Of a DNA stretch of 64,000 nucleotides, positions 13,190-27,400 are shown one piece after another. The notes under the pieces were generated by a model. It made no database searches. It was given only the letters and a program-made list of their open reading frames with translations, and was not told the DNA's origin. The DNA comes from Zygnema circumcarinatum SAG 698-1b (lineage: Eukaryota; Plantae; Zygnematophyceae). How positions within the stretch are numbered: the first letter of the stretch is position 1; each line of letters begins with the position of its first letter. Where the stretch lies: assembly GCA_037447605.1 (NCBI GenBank), contig CM074821.1, positions 2,035,550 to 2,099,549 of the forward strand. The letters run 5' to 3'. The translations under genes were made by a program, and so were the position numbers.

Positions 13190-13873
13190 CAGTAACCCCC
13201 CCCCTAATATTTTCGCCATGGCTTCGGCAAATATTGGGCGAAAATCTTGGAATTTGAAAATATAAGGAAGTCCGTGTTAACAATAGGCGAGCGGTATTAT
13301 GTTAGAGTCCGGCCTGTGGCCGTACTGTTTCTCTCTGTACGGAGGCGCACGGCCGCCGGGTCCTGTCGCGAGCTCCTATTGGTACCGTACATTTAACTTC
13401 ACGAGCTCCTATTGGTGCCGTGCATATACCGTACGATTTAGAGATTTTATCCGTACTTACCATACATCTGAATAGCGTNNNNNNNNNNCTGCAAAAGCTC
13501 CCAATCCCCACCCAAAAAACGAAGACATCGCCGACGGGTCTCGCGAACGGCGCTGGCCCCACCACGAGGGGGCAAAATTAAAACCCAAAGGGGGAAAAGA
13601 AGAAGGACATGCCATGCAGCAACATCTGATGGATCACACGCAAGACGAGCAAGAGGCAAACGCAAAGCATCACGAACACAAACACGCAAAGCCCGTGGGA
13701 TACGAGCGTAAAGACGAGAGGTTTTGTATTGAAAAATAGGTCAGGTTAGGTTAACACCCCTAATATACATTAACACAGACTTACCGTACTAAAAGTGGTT
13801 TCCTCAAAATCAGGGCGAATTTCTTGGGTAACGAAAGGACTCGGGTGGAAAATATTAGGGGGGAGGGGTACTG
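13190..13873. mobile_element. Non-autonomous Tc1/mariner (pogo/Tigger-like) DNA transposon (MITE), containing an assembly gap
   Basis: Left end CAGTAACCCCCCCCCTAATATTTTC; right end reverse-complemented CAGTACCCCTCCCCCCTAATATTTTC. TA flanks both sides (13188-13189 and 13874-13875). An N gap at 13479-13488 makes the true length unknown. Confidence 0.75.
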
Positions 13874-15461
13874 TACAGTATTTCGTTTCACCCGTACGTC
13901 GTGCGCGCCTTGTTTAAGTTGTTTTCTATTTTTTTCCATATTGAAGAAAGAGAGAAAAAGATGTTTGTTTGAACTCACGATGGCAAGGCCGTCAAATGTA
14001 CATGGATAAAATCGACATAGGGAACCAGAGGAAACGGTCACAAAGGACCTAAGGACAAAGAGAAAGCCTCGAAACGGAAGTCTGCTTATAGGCTCAACAC
14101 CACGGCACTAGAAGCAGCCGCGAAGGTCGCCGATGTGGGGCGCAACACGCGCAGGAAGGGGCTATTGAAGGGGCGGCATCCTTAAGGGAAAATCTGAGGT
14201 TTGCTCAAGGGATTTAAGGGATTTTTTCAAAAAAATCCCTTATTTGACGATGCCGGTGTGCGTGCGTCTGCCGCGGCGGAGGTACCTTACGGTACGGACG
14301 GACGGACGGATGGACGGACGGACGGACGGACGGACGGGCCGGGCAAGGCCGAGGGGCGCGCCTCCCCTCCCGCCGCGTGTGCGCGTGCACGTGCGCCCCT
14401 CGCTCGCTCGCTCGCTCGCTCGCTCTTGCTCTCGCTCTCCCCCCCTCTCTCTCTCTCCCCCCCCTCTCTCTCTCTCTCGCTGCGGTATGTCCTAGCGCGG
14501 GCTGGGCGTTCTGTTGGAGGCGAGACACGAGACGAGACACGAGACGGGAGGTCGTTCTGCTTGCCTCCCTCCCTCCCTCCCCCCCACGCGGCTCACACTC
14601 CGCCGCTGCTCGCCTGGTGCAGTGCAGCACAGTGCAGGGAGGTGGACCTGATCGGGAAGGTGCGCGCGCGGCAGAAGGCAACGGCGATACAGGTGCGTGT
14701 GCGGGGCGTGGAGGGCCATGGCGGGGTCCGGAAAGCGTTCTTCGTGCCAGACATGGCATCATGGAAAGAGAGAGCACATGCAGGGAGCTTGCAGCCGCTG
14801 AATAGGACTCGTTTTTATTTTTTTCATCAGCTATTTGTCAGCTGTTTTTCCGACATTTAGGCACTTTTGGGAAGTACTTCATGTCAGCTTGGAATAGAGG
14901 AGTCTGCAATTGCTCAAGCCAAATACTAGCATGCATCACATGGCCTAGGAAGCATCCAGCGAAAGTTTCAATTTCCATGTTTGGGAGCTTAGTCTATTTC
15001 CACTAGTAATTTGGCAGAATTGCAATCGCAATGGATGAAAAACCAGCGTTCGACGGAGGATCGGGGCAATTTTTCTCGGATTATAGGCTTTGATAAAATA
15101 TTGTCGTGAATTCATCTTTTCCTTCTAATCCGCGCTGGGGACCAAAGTTTGTAAACCATTAAACATCGCAACACTATTGACAAGCTTGGAGAGCTGGTTC
15201 GCCTCCCTTTCATGGCCTGACAGCTGCCATTCATTTGTGTTTTCGTGGCTGTAAATAATTGGACTTCAGCCGAAGCTGTCTGCTCATTGGCAGCAGTAAG
15301 CCCGCTGCATTTTCGACTGGCCGCTTCTTGTATACGGCAAATGTCCCGAAAGTGGCTGAAAGGCAATCACGAAGAAACCACTCACAGCCGCTGGTAGTCA
15401 TCTCCTTGAGCTGTCTCCCTCACACGCCGTGTGGAATGTCCTTCGGTCGTCTCCGTCAGCC

Positions 15462-18400
15462 ATGGTTTTGGAGCAGCGTGGAAAGCAGCCCGCAGCTGCG
15501 CCCACGGCTAGGCTGCGCAGAAGGCCTCGGGGAGGGTCTGCGGAGGACGGTGCGGCAGCGGCACGGGAGACGAGCCCGCTTAATAGAGGACGGTCCTCCA
15601 AGAAGCGAAGGAGGGAAGAACGAGACGTAGCGGTTGCACAGATTTGTGAGAGGCAGGAGTGCGGAGAGAAAGAGAACACAGCAAATGAAAGGAGGCTTGA
15701 GGATGGGGAGCAGGAGGGGGCGCCAATCAAAACGTATAGTAGAAGGCATGTTAGAAGGTCAGAGAGGGTAATGGGTCAGCTGAAAAGGGCGGGTGAAGAG
15801 GTTTCATCTGGCAATTTAAGGAATAAGGGACAACAGGCGAGGAAGTTGAACCCTGAGGTCGCCGCAGGGGGTGGGGAGGAGAGGAAGGAGGCTGTGGCTC
15901 GCCAGGTGGTGTCTGACAAGGTTCAGGATCAGTCAGAAGGTTGTGGTACGAAGAAAGCGTCGGTAGAGGTCGTCTCAAATATGGTGAAAGTTATCGCCAA
16001 CATAGGGGCTTTACCTGGAATGAAAACGAATCCTCAGGATGGGTTAACGTCGTCGGACGGTCTTAACCTTGGGACGCAGAGAAATGTTGTGAGATTGGTT
16101 GTGGTTGGCAACGGCCTTGAGAGCAGTAAAGAGGCATCAAAATCTGTGGCGGGTGATCAACGTCAGCCAGGCGGATCTAGTCATTCGAAATCGACATCTG
16201 GTACAAAGGATTTGGCAGTTGTAAAGAGTGAGGGCCTTGATTCTAGAAAATCCCCAGTAGGTGTGGCCTTGTCTGCAGATTTGGACGGACATAGGAGCGA
16301 TGACGCAGCTCTACCTACGATTAGCGTAGAGGAAGGTAGACGGCGGAGTGAAGAAGCAGAGCCACAGGAGGAGAATGCTGAGAGCACGATTGTTGATAAC
16401 ATGGTTGTGAATGAAGGGCAGCATGCAGAGAAGGAAATTGTTTATGAGGAAGAGGAGAGGGCAATGGAGGTGAAGGAGGGGGAGCATGCACTGAAGGAGT
16501 TCAAGAAGGTTGTAGAGGGGCTTGAACAGGAGCAGGAGCAGGCAGTAGGATGGAATGTCGAAGGGGGAAAACAGTTGAGGGAGGAGAAGGCAGAGGAGCA
16601 GGAAGGAAAGGTGGATGAGCTGGTAGCAATGGAAGACGAGACGAAGGAGCGCGGAGAAGAAGCCGTAGAGGACGAAGAGGGGATGGGGACGGAGAGGAGG
16701 GTAGAGGTGAGTGCTTTGGTGGTGATGGAAGGAAAGGAGGAGCAGCAAGAGGGAAAGGACGAGCAGATGGTGGCGAAGGAGAAGGTAGAGGAGGAGGAGG
16801 AGGAGGAGGAGGAGGGCGAGGAGGAGGAGGAGGACGACGAAGAGGAAGAGGAGGTGGAGGAGATGGAGGAGGAGGAGGAGGAGGAGGAGGAGGAGGAGGA
16901 GGAGGAGGAGGAGGAGGAGGAGGAGGAGGAAGAGGAGGAGGAGGAGGAGGAGGAGGAGAGGGAGGAGGAGGAGGAGGACGAGGAAGAGGAGGAGGAGGAG
17001 GATGAGGAGGAGGTGAAGGTGGTGGTGGAGGAGGAGAAGAAAGTGGAGGAAGATGGGAAGGAGGATGAAGGGAAGGAGGAAGAGGAAGAAGGGAAAGAGG
17101 AGGAGGAGGAGGAGGAGAAGGAGGAAGAGGAAGAGGAGGCGGAGGAGGAGGAGGAGGAGGGGGGGGGGAAGAAGGAGGTGAGGGAGGTGGGAGAGGAGGA
17201 CGAAGAGGAAGGGAAGGAGGACGACGAGGCACTGATGGAATTTGAGTGGGAAGTGGGACAGCAAGCGGCATATATCAACGAGAGTGACGATGACGAAGAT
17301 TTGGCAGAAGATTTATACGAAGAGGAGATTATTGCACGTGCGGATTTCATCAGGAGCAAGCAACAGGTGGGTACTCGGCAAATGATTGCAGATGAGCAGT
17401 TTGTCAAGTTGAAATTCTTTTCAGTGACGAATTATTAGGCATTTCATAGAGACAATTTTCGTAGTGTTGTTCAGAGAGATGTATTAGGGTCTGCAGAATA
17501 ATTGAAGTTTGATGCGTTTTGTTGAGTAACTTTAATTCAGGGGATGGAAGAGACGCGTGTATCACGTGTGAGCAAAAATGAGTCAAGTGCGCCTTTTTTC
17601 CCACCATTTTCGTTTATGGAAAATGTGAATGTGGCTGCCAACTTGCCGACGTGGAAGCTGCCGCGGCCTGACAGTTTTACGGCCTTTTGCGATACTATGC
17701 TTGTGCTTGCATGTTGGATGCTTCCATTGACTTGTGTTGGAATAGCTGATGTTAAGACTTGAAGGACATGGCTGAGAGGCGACATGTTATATTGGCGGCT
17801 AGCGACATTGCGTGGCAACATAATGTATCCAGAAGTTTGTAGTGGCCTTGTCATGGAGAGGCTTCAGATAGAAGCCAACTTCAGCCAGTTCAGTTGGATT
17901 CGGAATTCGTAGTATGCGTAGACTTCTTGAATGGCTTGGTATTGAAATACAGCTCAAGGTTGGTGCACGCATGTAGTAAGTAGCTGGATTTGTTATTGAA
18001 CATTCGGCATAGGGTTATGTTAAGTATTTTTCTGCAGCCTTGTCTGTGTATACATTTGAAACCTCCCGTTTGACCGGCATGACCGACCAGCATTCCGTCA
18101 ACATACGCCCTTTGTTAACACGGACATGTGACAGCAGTTTCACGAGTTTGCAGATTTTGAATGCCAAGAAGCTCCCCAAGTTTCAGGATCCGACGCGCAG
18201 CAAGACGCACTGGGAGTTTTTGCTGGAAGAAATGGCTTGGCTGGCCAAGGTGAGCTGAACTGACTGCCTGATCCTGAGTGACGCGACGGAGTGTGCCGGT
18301 TGTGGAAGCGTTTGGAGGTGACGCGTGGCCTAGGCCGAAGTGCAGTGCAGTGCAATATCCCTGCCGAGTAGGCAGACTTGAGTCACACCGGGAAGCAATA

Positions 18401-21400
18401 GCCTGTACTCCTTTGCCTGAACGCAGTTGCAGGCTCAGTATTTGGTGAGGCAAATGGTACTTGACTTGACTTGGCTGAAACTTAGGGAGTTGGAATTGAT
18501 ACGAAAATCCTTACCTCATAGGAGCAAAAGGTGGCTTGAAGGACGGGAAAAGCAGTAAAGCTACTTACTGCTAGTGGGCTGGTTGTGGGGCGAGCAGGAC
18601 TTTGAGCGGGAAAGGAAGTGGAAGGTGAGCCAAGCAAAGAAGGTGGCGTCACGTGTGAGCAAGTCCGGGCTGGACGTGCAGGCCCGCGAGATGCGGCGCA
18701 GGAGGGTGAGTGCTGCTGCTATCTCTGCCCCGCCCACAGCTTTGGGCTGCACAAGCACATCGCTGTGCTTGGTCTCATGCAAGTGCGAGGGCTCTGACAG
18801 GAGGAGGAGCAGCGCATGCGGAGGGTGGCGAGCAACATCGCCAAGGAAGTGAAACGGTTTTGGGTCAAAGTTGAAAAGCTGGCAAGCCGCAGGATGACCT
18901 GTTTCTTCCCTGGCGCTTGTGGAACAATAATGCTATGGCTCTTTTGAATACGGCTTGTTCATATCTTGGTTACTCAAATTGGTTGCAGCTGGATGACAGT
19001 AAATTGTTGGGTTATTTAGGAATGCAGGAATGACGAAGCAAGTTTGCACAGAAGCAACTTTGTACAGAAGCAAGTTTGCAAGGAACTTAAGAGATTGGGC
19101 ATCTTATGGATGTATATGATTGGTTGATTGCAGTTTCAATAGCTGACATGGTGGCCGATATCCCACGCTGTTCTGTACTGCTCCGTGGTGAAGCCGCGTG
19201 TGGCAGCTGAGTCGTGTGCTGTGGGCGCAGGTGGTGTACAAGCACCAACTGAGGCTGGAGGAGAAGAAGAAGGAGGCGTTGGACAAGCATTTGGACTTTC
19301 TGCTGGGCCAAACGGAACGGTGCGCACACCACACAGTTGGCCTCCATGCCCTCTCAATAACGCTCGTTTTTGGGTTTGGGGATGCATGTTCGTCCTGTAT
19401 CCGCGGCAGTATGTGGATACGTCCTTTTTCGTTCCCTTTATTTTGCTCTGTCCTTTCCTCCAGTGCTGTTGCTTATCCTTCTTCATTAGCGCGCACATTA
19501 GCGTTGTCATTCCTGTGCTGTAACACGAGTCCCGTTGCCGTGTGCGGGCATGCAGCTACTCGTCCATGTTGGCGGAGAATCTCGCGGACGCCCTTCCTGC
19601 CTCGCCTGCGCGGCAACCTCGGCCTCCTCTCGCCGCGCCGACACCCGCGGGACCTGCTCTGCTGGAAGGCTTGCCAGGGGAAGGGGAAGGGGAAGGAAAA
19701 GGGGAAGGGGAAGGAGAAGAGGAAGAGGAAGGGGAAGGGGAAGGGAAAGGGAAAGGGAAAGGGGAAGGGGAAAGGGAAGGGGAAGGGGAAGGGGAAGGGG
19801 AACGGGAACGGGAAGGGAAAGGGGAAGGGGAAGGGGGAGGGAAAGGAAAAGGGGAAGGGGGAGGGGAAGGGCCCGGGACGGCCGCGGTTGAGGGGGACGA
19901 GGATGTGTCTTACAGTGACCGCGGGAGGGAGCGCGCCTCTGGCAGCGACGGCCATGCGGGTCAGGAGGGTGGACTGGCCTTGGAGGAGGGAGGCAAGGAG
20001 TTTGTGATGGAGGACGTTCAAATGGTAATGACTGCTCTCCTTTGCTATTTCTGCCAAAGACACTAGAGTTGGCAGCTTCACATGTTAAAGCTGCCCATTT
20101 AGGATGGTGACGATGCTCTCCTTTCCTTAGTTCAACGGCTTCAACGCCAACTGCGGCCGCAGAGGCCAAGAGTGGGAGAAGGGGCCTATCAGATCCATCT
20201 CTGAACATTCTTTCGTTTTCATTAGATGGCACTACATGGGATCCGTCTTTGCACGAAAGCAGTATCAAGCTTGGTCTATCGTTGGCCATGGTAAGGCAGA
20301 CAATTGAGAAGATGGTCCATTGTAGCGTATTGTTTCAGTGAAGCAGCAGTTTAGGCGTTGGGAACCCCCCCCACTGTTCCTCCCCCTCCCCCCCCCCTAC
20401 TCTGTCTCTTTCGCGTTCTTTCTCCCCCTTTCTCTCGCTTCCACTCTCTCGCTTTCTCCCTGGGCCTCTCTCTCTCTTTCTCTCCCCGTCGGTCTCTCCA
20501 CTCCTCTTTCCCTCCCCCCTCCCATCCTCGCCGAGATCTCACTGACAGAGTTTACAATAGGGCCGTGATTGCATTTGGCAGGAGGATGAGGATGCGACAT
20601 TGGAGGCCAACGAGGCTCTGACATCGACGGAGGCGAGAGAGGGGGAACTGCACGCGCTGTGTACAGAGGGCGAGATGCCCATTGAAGTGCTTACGCGGAG
20701 ATATGCGACAGCAGGTATAAGCGTTCGACAGTTTCAATTCCATCATTACTTTTAGACGAATTGTCATCTATATGTGTGGGAAGGTGCATAATTGGCGGGA
20801 TTCGGCCATCTTTTTCCTCATGATATGTCTGCAGTCTCTTAATTGTAGAGTCAAAGCTTGACTAGAGACGGATACTCTTTTCATTTTTGTTTCAGTACTT
20901 TCGTTTCGCAATTTTTGTCAGTTTTTGCTTTCCCTCTGTGCGCAAGGAATAAGTTATTCTCCGTTCTGGAGGCTGACAAGAGAAGAATGGTGATTTGTGT
21001 TAGGAAAACTTAATGGTAATGATGAAAAGGAGGAGAAGAGCGGTAGCCGAGACGATGAAAGCTGTGAAGAAGCCGGCAGTCCCGAGCCTGTGAGCCCTTC
21101 GCTCTCTGGTGGTCGGAGAGGCCGCAAGGGAGGGAGGGGGAGGGAGGAGGCGGCCGGCAGAGCGGCGGGGGCTGCAGAGCGACCGGGTACGGAAGGCAGT
21201 GCAGGGGCCGGGGAGCATGCCGGCCTGCGCCCTCTCCTGCCAGGCTCTGCGGATGTAAGGAGGCAGGAGGGAGGGGGAGAGGGAGAGGGAGAGGGGAGGG
21301 AGAGGGAGAGGGAGAGGGAGAGGGAGAGGGAGAGGGAGAGGGAGGGAGAGGGAGAGGGAGAGGGAGAGGAGAGGGAGAGGGAGGAGGGAGAGGGAGAGAG

Positions 21401-24400
21401 GGAGAGGGAGAGGGAGAGGGAGAGGGAGAGGGAGAGAGAGTGGGAGACACGAGCGCCCATGAAAGGGAGGTGGAGGCCAAAGTAGGAGACGCCTGCACCA
21501 TGGCTTATGTTGTAGAGGAGGCAGGGGGGAACGAGGGATTGGCAGCCACTGGAAGTTTGAGGAAGCGGAGAAGGAGAGAAAGAGTGACAGAGGAGATTGG
21601 TGTGGAGAAGGTGGTGGATTTTGCAACCATCCGCACTCACGTGTTGCTGTTTTTAGTTGCAATGCCCTCTGTTTTTTTGACGCTTTTGCTACTCATTGAC
21701 TTTATGCAGTCCATCCAATCTGTAGGACAACTATCACCTGCGTCTGTTCTTTAGGCGCCCTTTAGCTTCTCATCTTAAGGGCATCCCTCCTAATGTGAAC
21801 AGCGATGAAGGTGGATGGCAGGCGGAGGTCGATGTAGAATACGAGCCGCCCAGACAGGGGGAGGGCTTTGCTGAGGTGAGCCTGACGTGGTCACTCAGTC
21901 GACGCTCCGCGGTAGAAATGGACCATGCTTTTGGTAGCGTGTGGTTTCTGAATGAATGCCATTAGTGGCCTCGTAATGTGGATTATGACAAAAGGCTTAT
22001 TTATTGTTGAGCTTGAATGCAATGAAATGTTACTCACGTATCCTCCTCCTCCCCACAATCGGACGTATACCTTTGTTTTTCTCCCTAAGTACATCTTCCA
22101 GACGTGTGCATAGGATTTTTCTCGTGGAATCTTATTGAATTAGTGTGCACGAGATGTAGACTCCTTTAGCCGTTTTGAGCAGACAGAATGTGGCAGATCA
22201 GTCTAACAGGCGGCTGAGTTGCTCTGCACTGACCGATTGGTCAGGACGACGAGTCAACGCTGGAGGAGGAGGAGAGGCGAGCGCGCGAAGAGGGTGCAGA
22301 CGATGCTGAAGAGGTAAAAAGCACGAAAGCGCCCGTCACTGCAGAGGGCCTGATTTGACAGCTGCTGGCCAGTTTCTCCGGGAATGTTTCTGGTGACCCT
22401 GCCTGTTCAGAATGCGGAGGAAGATTTCACACCTTGTTATTGCTGGAGGGGGTTTATCTGCCACAGTCTGGCGGACTCTAGAGGATGGCTGACGGCTGTC
22501 CCGCTCTGCAGGTTGACCTCCTGAAGCGCGAGAGTGAACTGCCGCTCGAAGAGCTTCTTGCTCACTATCGCGCGGTGAGTAAACCACATGAGGTTTCCAC
22601 CTGATTCACGTTTTTGGGGAGGTGATTGCTTACCTTTTTTTCTCGACTCAATCTGTTATTCGCCAGTAAACAGTAATTGGTGTAGATTTTCACACAACTG
22701 TTAGACGATAGTTCCTGATTCGGAGACCATTGGGAGTGTTGAGTTATTTTGCAGCGTACGAGGATTTCCAGGTGTCAGTTTTGTTTGTATTAAGCATTTA
22801 TAGCTTCAGTTGTGGACCTCCCCTGTCATTGTCGATGCGTATCAATGGTACTTTTCCCTTTCAGGAAGGGCCATAACAGCCAGTATGTCCTATGTAGACA
22901 TGCATCACGCATGTTGCGCATCAAAATTCTCGCGAGGGTTCTATGCAAGCACGTAACCTTCGGAGACCAGCGGCCGGCCAGTCAAAAAACTGTGTAGATT
23001 GCATTTTGAATACATTCAAGCGTAGAAATTCAGTCGGTCGGCGGCAGCTGCATCCCAGGAAGTCGGAGGGGAGGGGGCAGCTCTAAACATCACTTGCCAA
23101 ACTGCCGCTTTTGAGTCGATGTGAACGGGCAATACGGCTGCAGCTGTGGAACAAAATTCACGAGATGGCATTCCTGGCGTGCCGTCAACCCATTTAGCAG
23201 TGGAATGTGTCTTTTCTGTACAGCGGTAACCTGTTTATTGGCTATATGCAATGTCAGTCACGAGTTTTGGAAGCTTGAAATTACAGGACGGGCTTTCGTG
23301 CAATGGTGTACATATAGTCATGGGATTGAAGCTGAATGGTGTTGACTGGGCTGTTCTATGAGGGAGGGCTGCGATGGCAGATGAATGGAGATACCCTGGG
23401 AGAGAGTGAGCAAGAGGAGGACAAGGACGAGGATGGGAGTTCTGACGGAGGTAGTGGCAGTGAAAGTGATGGCGAGAGAGAGGCGGAGGAGGCCGTACAT
23501 ACGGAGGAAGGAGCCGAAGGGAATGCCGAGAGAGAGGCGGAGGGCCGGGGCGGCGGGGAACTGCCCAAGGTGACTGCTCCAAAGGAAGAGGAGGTCGAAG
23601 TTTGTGCAGAATTTCCAACGCGAGTTAATGAAGGTTGGGAGAGAAAGAGGTGCGATGTGAAGCTGGAGGAAGGGGCCGCAGATCATGGTGAAAATCTGAA
23701 TTGTTTAGAGAAAGGGATAGGTGATTTTGAGAAGATCATGCATCCCCTCGACAATGGTAATGATATTGCCAGCAAGGAGCGGGGATTTCTAGATGGAGCC
23801 GCTGGAACTGGGGATGTCGGTCGTTCATTAGAACCGGAAACAAACCACCATCTGGAGGGAAGAATCGAGGCAGAATATGACAGCCGGCCAGGAATGCTTG
23901 TAAAGGTGGAGAAGGAAGCCTCTCTGGGAGTGATGATGGAGAGGCACGAGGAGGAAGTAATCGAGTTGAAAACAGAGGCGGAGGAGAGCCCTGGGAAGGA
24001 GGCCCGAGACAAGAGAAGCAATGAGGAAAGGCTGGTAGATGCGGCTGCAGAAGCCATGGCTGCGCAGCCGACGGGGTATACCTTGTCGACGACCAACGTT
24101 CGGACGAAGGTGCCCTTTCTGCTCAAGGGCTCGTTGAGGGAATACCAGCACATAGGACTGGACTGGCTCGTGACCATGTACGACAAAAAGCTGAACGGCA
24201 TTCTGGCGGACGAGATGGGTCTGGGGAAGACCATCATGACCATCGCGCTGTTGGCCCACCTCGCGTGCGAAAAGGGCGTGTGGGGCCCACACCTGGTGGT
24301 GGTGCCCACATCCGTCATGCTCAACTGGGAGATGGAGTTCATGAAGTGGTGCCCCGGCTTCAAGGTCTTGACTTACTTTGGAACTGCGAAAGAGCGGAAG

Positions 24401-27400
24401 CTGAAACGGCAAGGTTGGAGCAAGGGGAATTTTTTCCATGTGTGCATTACAACCTACCGCCTCGTGATCCAGGATGCCAAAATGTTCAAACGGAAGAAGT
24501 GGAAATACCTCATCTTGGACGAAGCTCATCTCATCAAGAATTGGAAGTCGCAGCGCTGGCAGACCCTCCTCAATTTCAATGCAAAGCGGCGAATTTTGCT
24601 GACAGGGACCCCTCTTCAGAACGATCTGATGGAGCTGTGGTCGTTGATGCATTTCCTTATGCCCCACGTCTTTCAGTCTCACCAGGAGTTCCGCGACTGG
24701 TTCAGCAAACCCATTAGCGGGATGGTAGAGGGGCAGGAGTGTGTCAACAAGGCGGTGGTGGGCCGCCTTCACAATGTGCTGCGGCCTTTCCTTCTCCGCC
24801 GCCTTAAGCGCGACGTGGAGAAGCAACTCCCGCAGAAGCACGAGCACGTCATTTCCTGCCGCCTCTCCAAGCGGCAGCGTCACCTCTACGAAGACTTCAT
24901 GGCCAGCTCCGACACCAGGGCGACGCTTGCATCCGGCAACTTCCTTGGACTCATCAACGTGCTCATGCAGCTGAGGAAAGTCTGCAACCATCCCGACTTG
25001 TTCGAGGGCCGCCCCATCGTCTCCTCCTTCGACATGGAAGGCTTGGTGCTGCACTTCAGCTCGGCGGCGCTGACAGCCGGGAAAGCTTGTTCAGACCCTT
25101 TCGGCGGAGTAAATCTCGGTGCCCTCAACCTCCTCCTGTGGACTGCAGAATGCGATCTGGCAGCGTGGGAGGCCGACGAGGTAGCAGAGCTGGCTACTAA
25201 CAAGCCCCTCATAGTCGAGCTTGCGAGCACGGGGCAAGAGCAGCAGGAAGAACAATACGACAGCGTTGCTCGCGGCGGGGCCGGTCTGGTAGCGGAGGTG
25301 ACTGGCGAAGAGGGCTATCTGGCAGGGGAGGGTTTACTGGCGGAAGTCGCCCGCCGTGCGGGGGAAGCAAGGCGGCGGTGCAGTGCTCAGCGAGCGGCCG
25401 CTCTTTTGTCCCTCAGCCTCTTGCGCTGCCAAAGGAGGCCGCCCCTCGGCCGCGATTTGCGCCAAGCTGTGCGGGTAACCCTGCCCCTCCCCGCGGCTGT
25501 GGCTCTAGCGGGGGGGTGGGGAGGGTCCGCGGTCCTGGGGGAGGCGGTGAAGACGGCATTGGGGAGGGCGGAGGAGATGAAGGCTCTCATTGAAGCGTTT
25601 GTGTTTGTTACTCCGAAAGCGAGGGCGCCTGCGCCTGTGGTGTGGTGCAGTCACCCGAATCTGTCCGACGCCATGGCGGAGCAGAGGTTCGCGAGGAGGT
25701 TCACAGAGGCGGTTTCTCCACTGCTCACTCCCTTCCGAACAACTATTGTCCGACGTCAGCTGTTTTTCCCTGACCGCAGACTGCTTCAGTACGATTGTGG
25801 AAAGCTGCAGGTACATACATCCCCAACAAATGTGCCCTCATGAGATTGTCATAATGGGACATCTTCTTGTTGCATTGTTGATTCTCGTGGAGAAAAGAAA
25901 GGATCTTGATCAAGATTCTCACGATTTTCTTTCTGATTAACTGTAAGAAACGGATCATAGAGAGAGAGATTTTTTTCTTTTTTTTTTTTTGAGAGCCTTT
26001 CTTCCTTCGGCGCCCTTGGCAGGAACTCGCTGGTCTTCTTCGTCGTCTTAAATCAGAAGGACATCGGGCATTGATCTTCACTCAAATGACAAAAATGCTG
26101 GACGTTTTGGAAAGCTTCATAAATTTGTATGGATACACATATATGCGATTGGATGGATCGACCAAGCCAGAGCAACGCCAGATTCTTATGCAACGGTTCA
26201 ACACTAATCCGAAAATATTCCTTTTCATCCTCAGTACAAGAAGCGGAGGGGTAGGCATCAACCTTGTCGGAGCAGATACTGTCATCTTCTACGACAGCGA
26301 TTGGAATCCGGCCATGGATCTGCAAGCTCAGGTCAGCACGCTGCAACCTACCCAACACATCAGAATCAGTGAGAGGCGAGGCGAGAGAAGCAGAGGTGTC
26401 GAAAATGAGGGACAGTAGTAGAACAGGAGCTAGTCTTAGTTGCAGTCGTGTTGCTAGGACAGTCGTGGTAAGGGTGGGAGGCGGCAGAGGGCTTTGCACC
26501 GTCTCCGCCAGTACCAACTGCCCAGATGTGTGTGTGTGTGTGTGTGTGTGTGTTTGGGGGGGGGGGGGTGTGTGTGTGTGCGCGACCTAAGTCGGGCGCA
26601 TGCTCTCTTTCCGTGCCTGCTCTCCATCTTCGGAGGGCAGCACACTTCCATGTCCGACTGGTGGCAAGTAGGCATCTGCCTTAAGGGGAACAAGTGGTGC
26701 TCTGCCTCGTCCCCAAGATCCAATCTTGTATTTTGTAGACGATCCTGTCGTCCTTGGGGTTCCTGGGCGGATACTCGTTTTTCCTTAAGGAGGATGCTTG
26801 TACAGATGCCGCATGCCTTTTGTAGTGCATCTAAGCAGAGACATTCAAGTGAAGCATTGAGGGAAGAAGCTGGCTGAACTCACGTTCCTCTGCAAATTCC
26901 TCGGCCAGTTTGCGATTAGGGGATTTTGGACGCGTCCTTTTGATTGGCAGTTGTTCGTTGCCCATGAGTTTGCTGAGCCGCCCTTAAGCCGCGGTGAGTG
27001 CTGCAGGACCGTTGCCACCGCATAGGGCAGACCCGCGAGGTGAACATCTACCGCCTCGTCAGCGAAAGCACCATCGAAGAGAACATCCTCCGCAAGGCCA
27101 ACCAGAAGCGCGCTCTGGACGACCTCGTCATTCAAGTGAGCGCTAACTCACTGCCTCCCACCGTGCACTTGCTAAAAAGGTGGCGGATAAGCACTGTTGG
27201 GGAGCACAGTCAAGCTGACTCTCGGTTGATAACGGTGTGTTTTGCAGAGCGGGAGCTATAATACAGAGTTTTTCAAGCGGCTTGATCCTCGGGAGCTCTT
27301 TTCTGGCATGAAAGGGGCAGAAGTGGGGGAAATGCCCGCGGCGGCAGCATTACAGCCCAACCCTTGCGGAGCAGATTCAGCCGCCGAAAGACAAGGGCCC

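Noticed and set aside
16311-17407. Antisense poly-Leu, poly-Ser and poly-Pro ORFs
   Set aside because: They are the reverse complement of the PIE1 poly-Glu tract.
23683-25054. Minus-strand 226-aa and 408-aa ORFs
   Set aside because: Antisense shadows of the conserved SNF2 ATPase exon.
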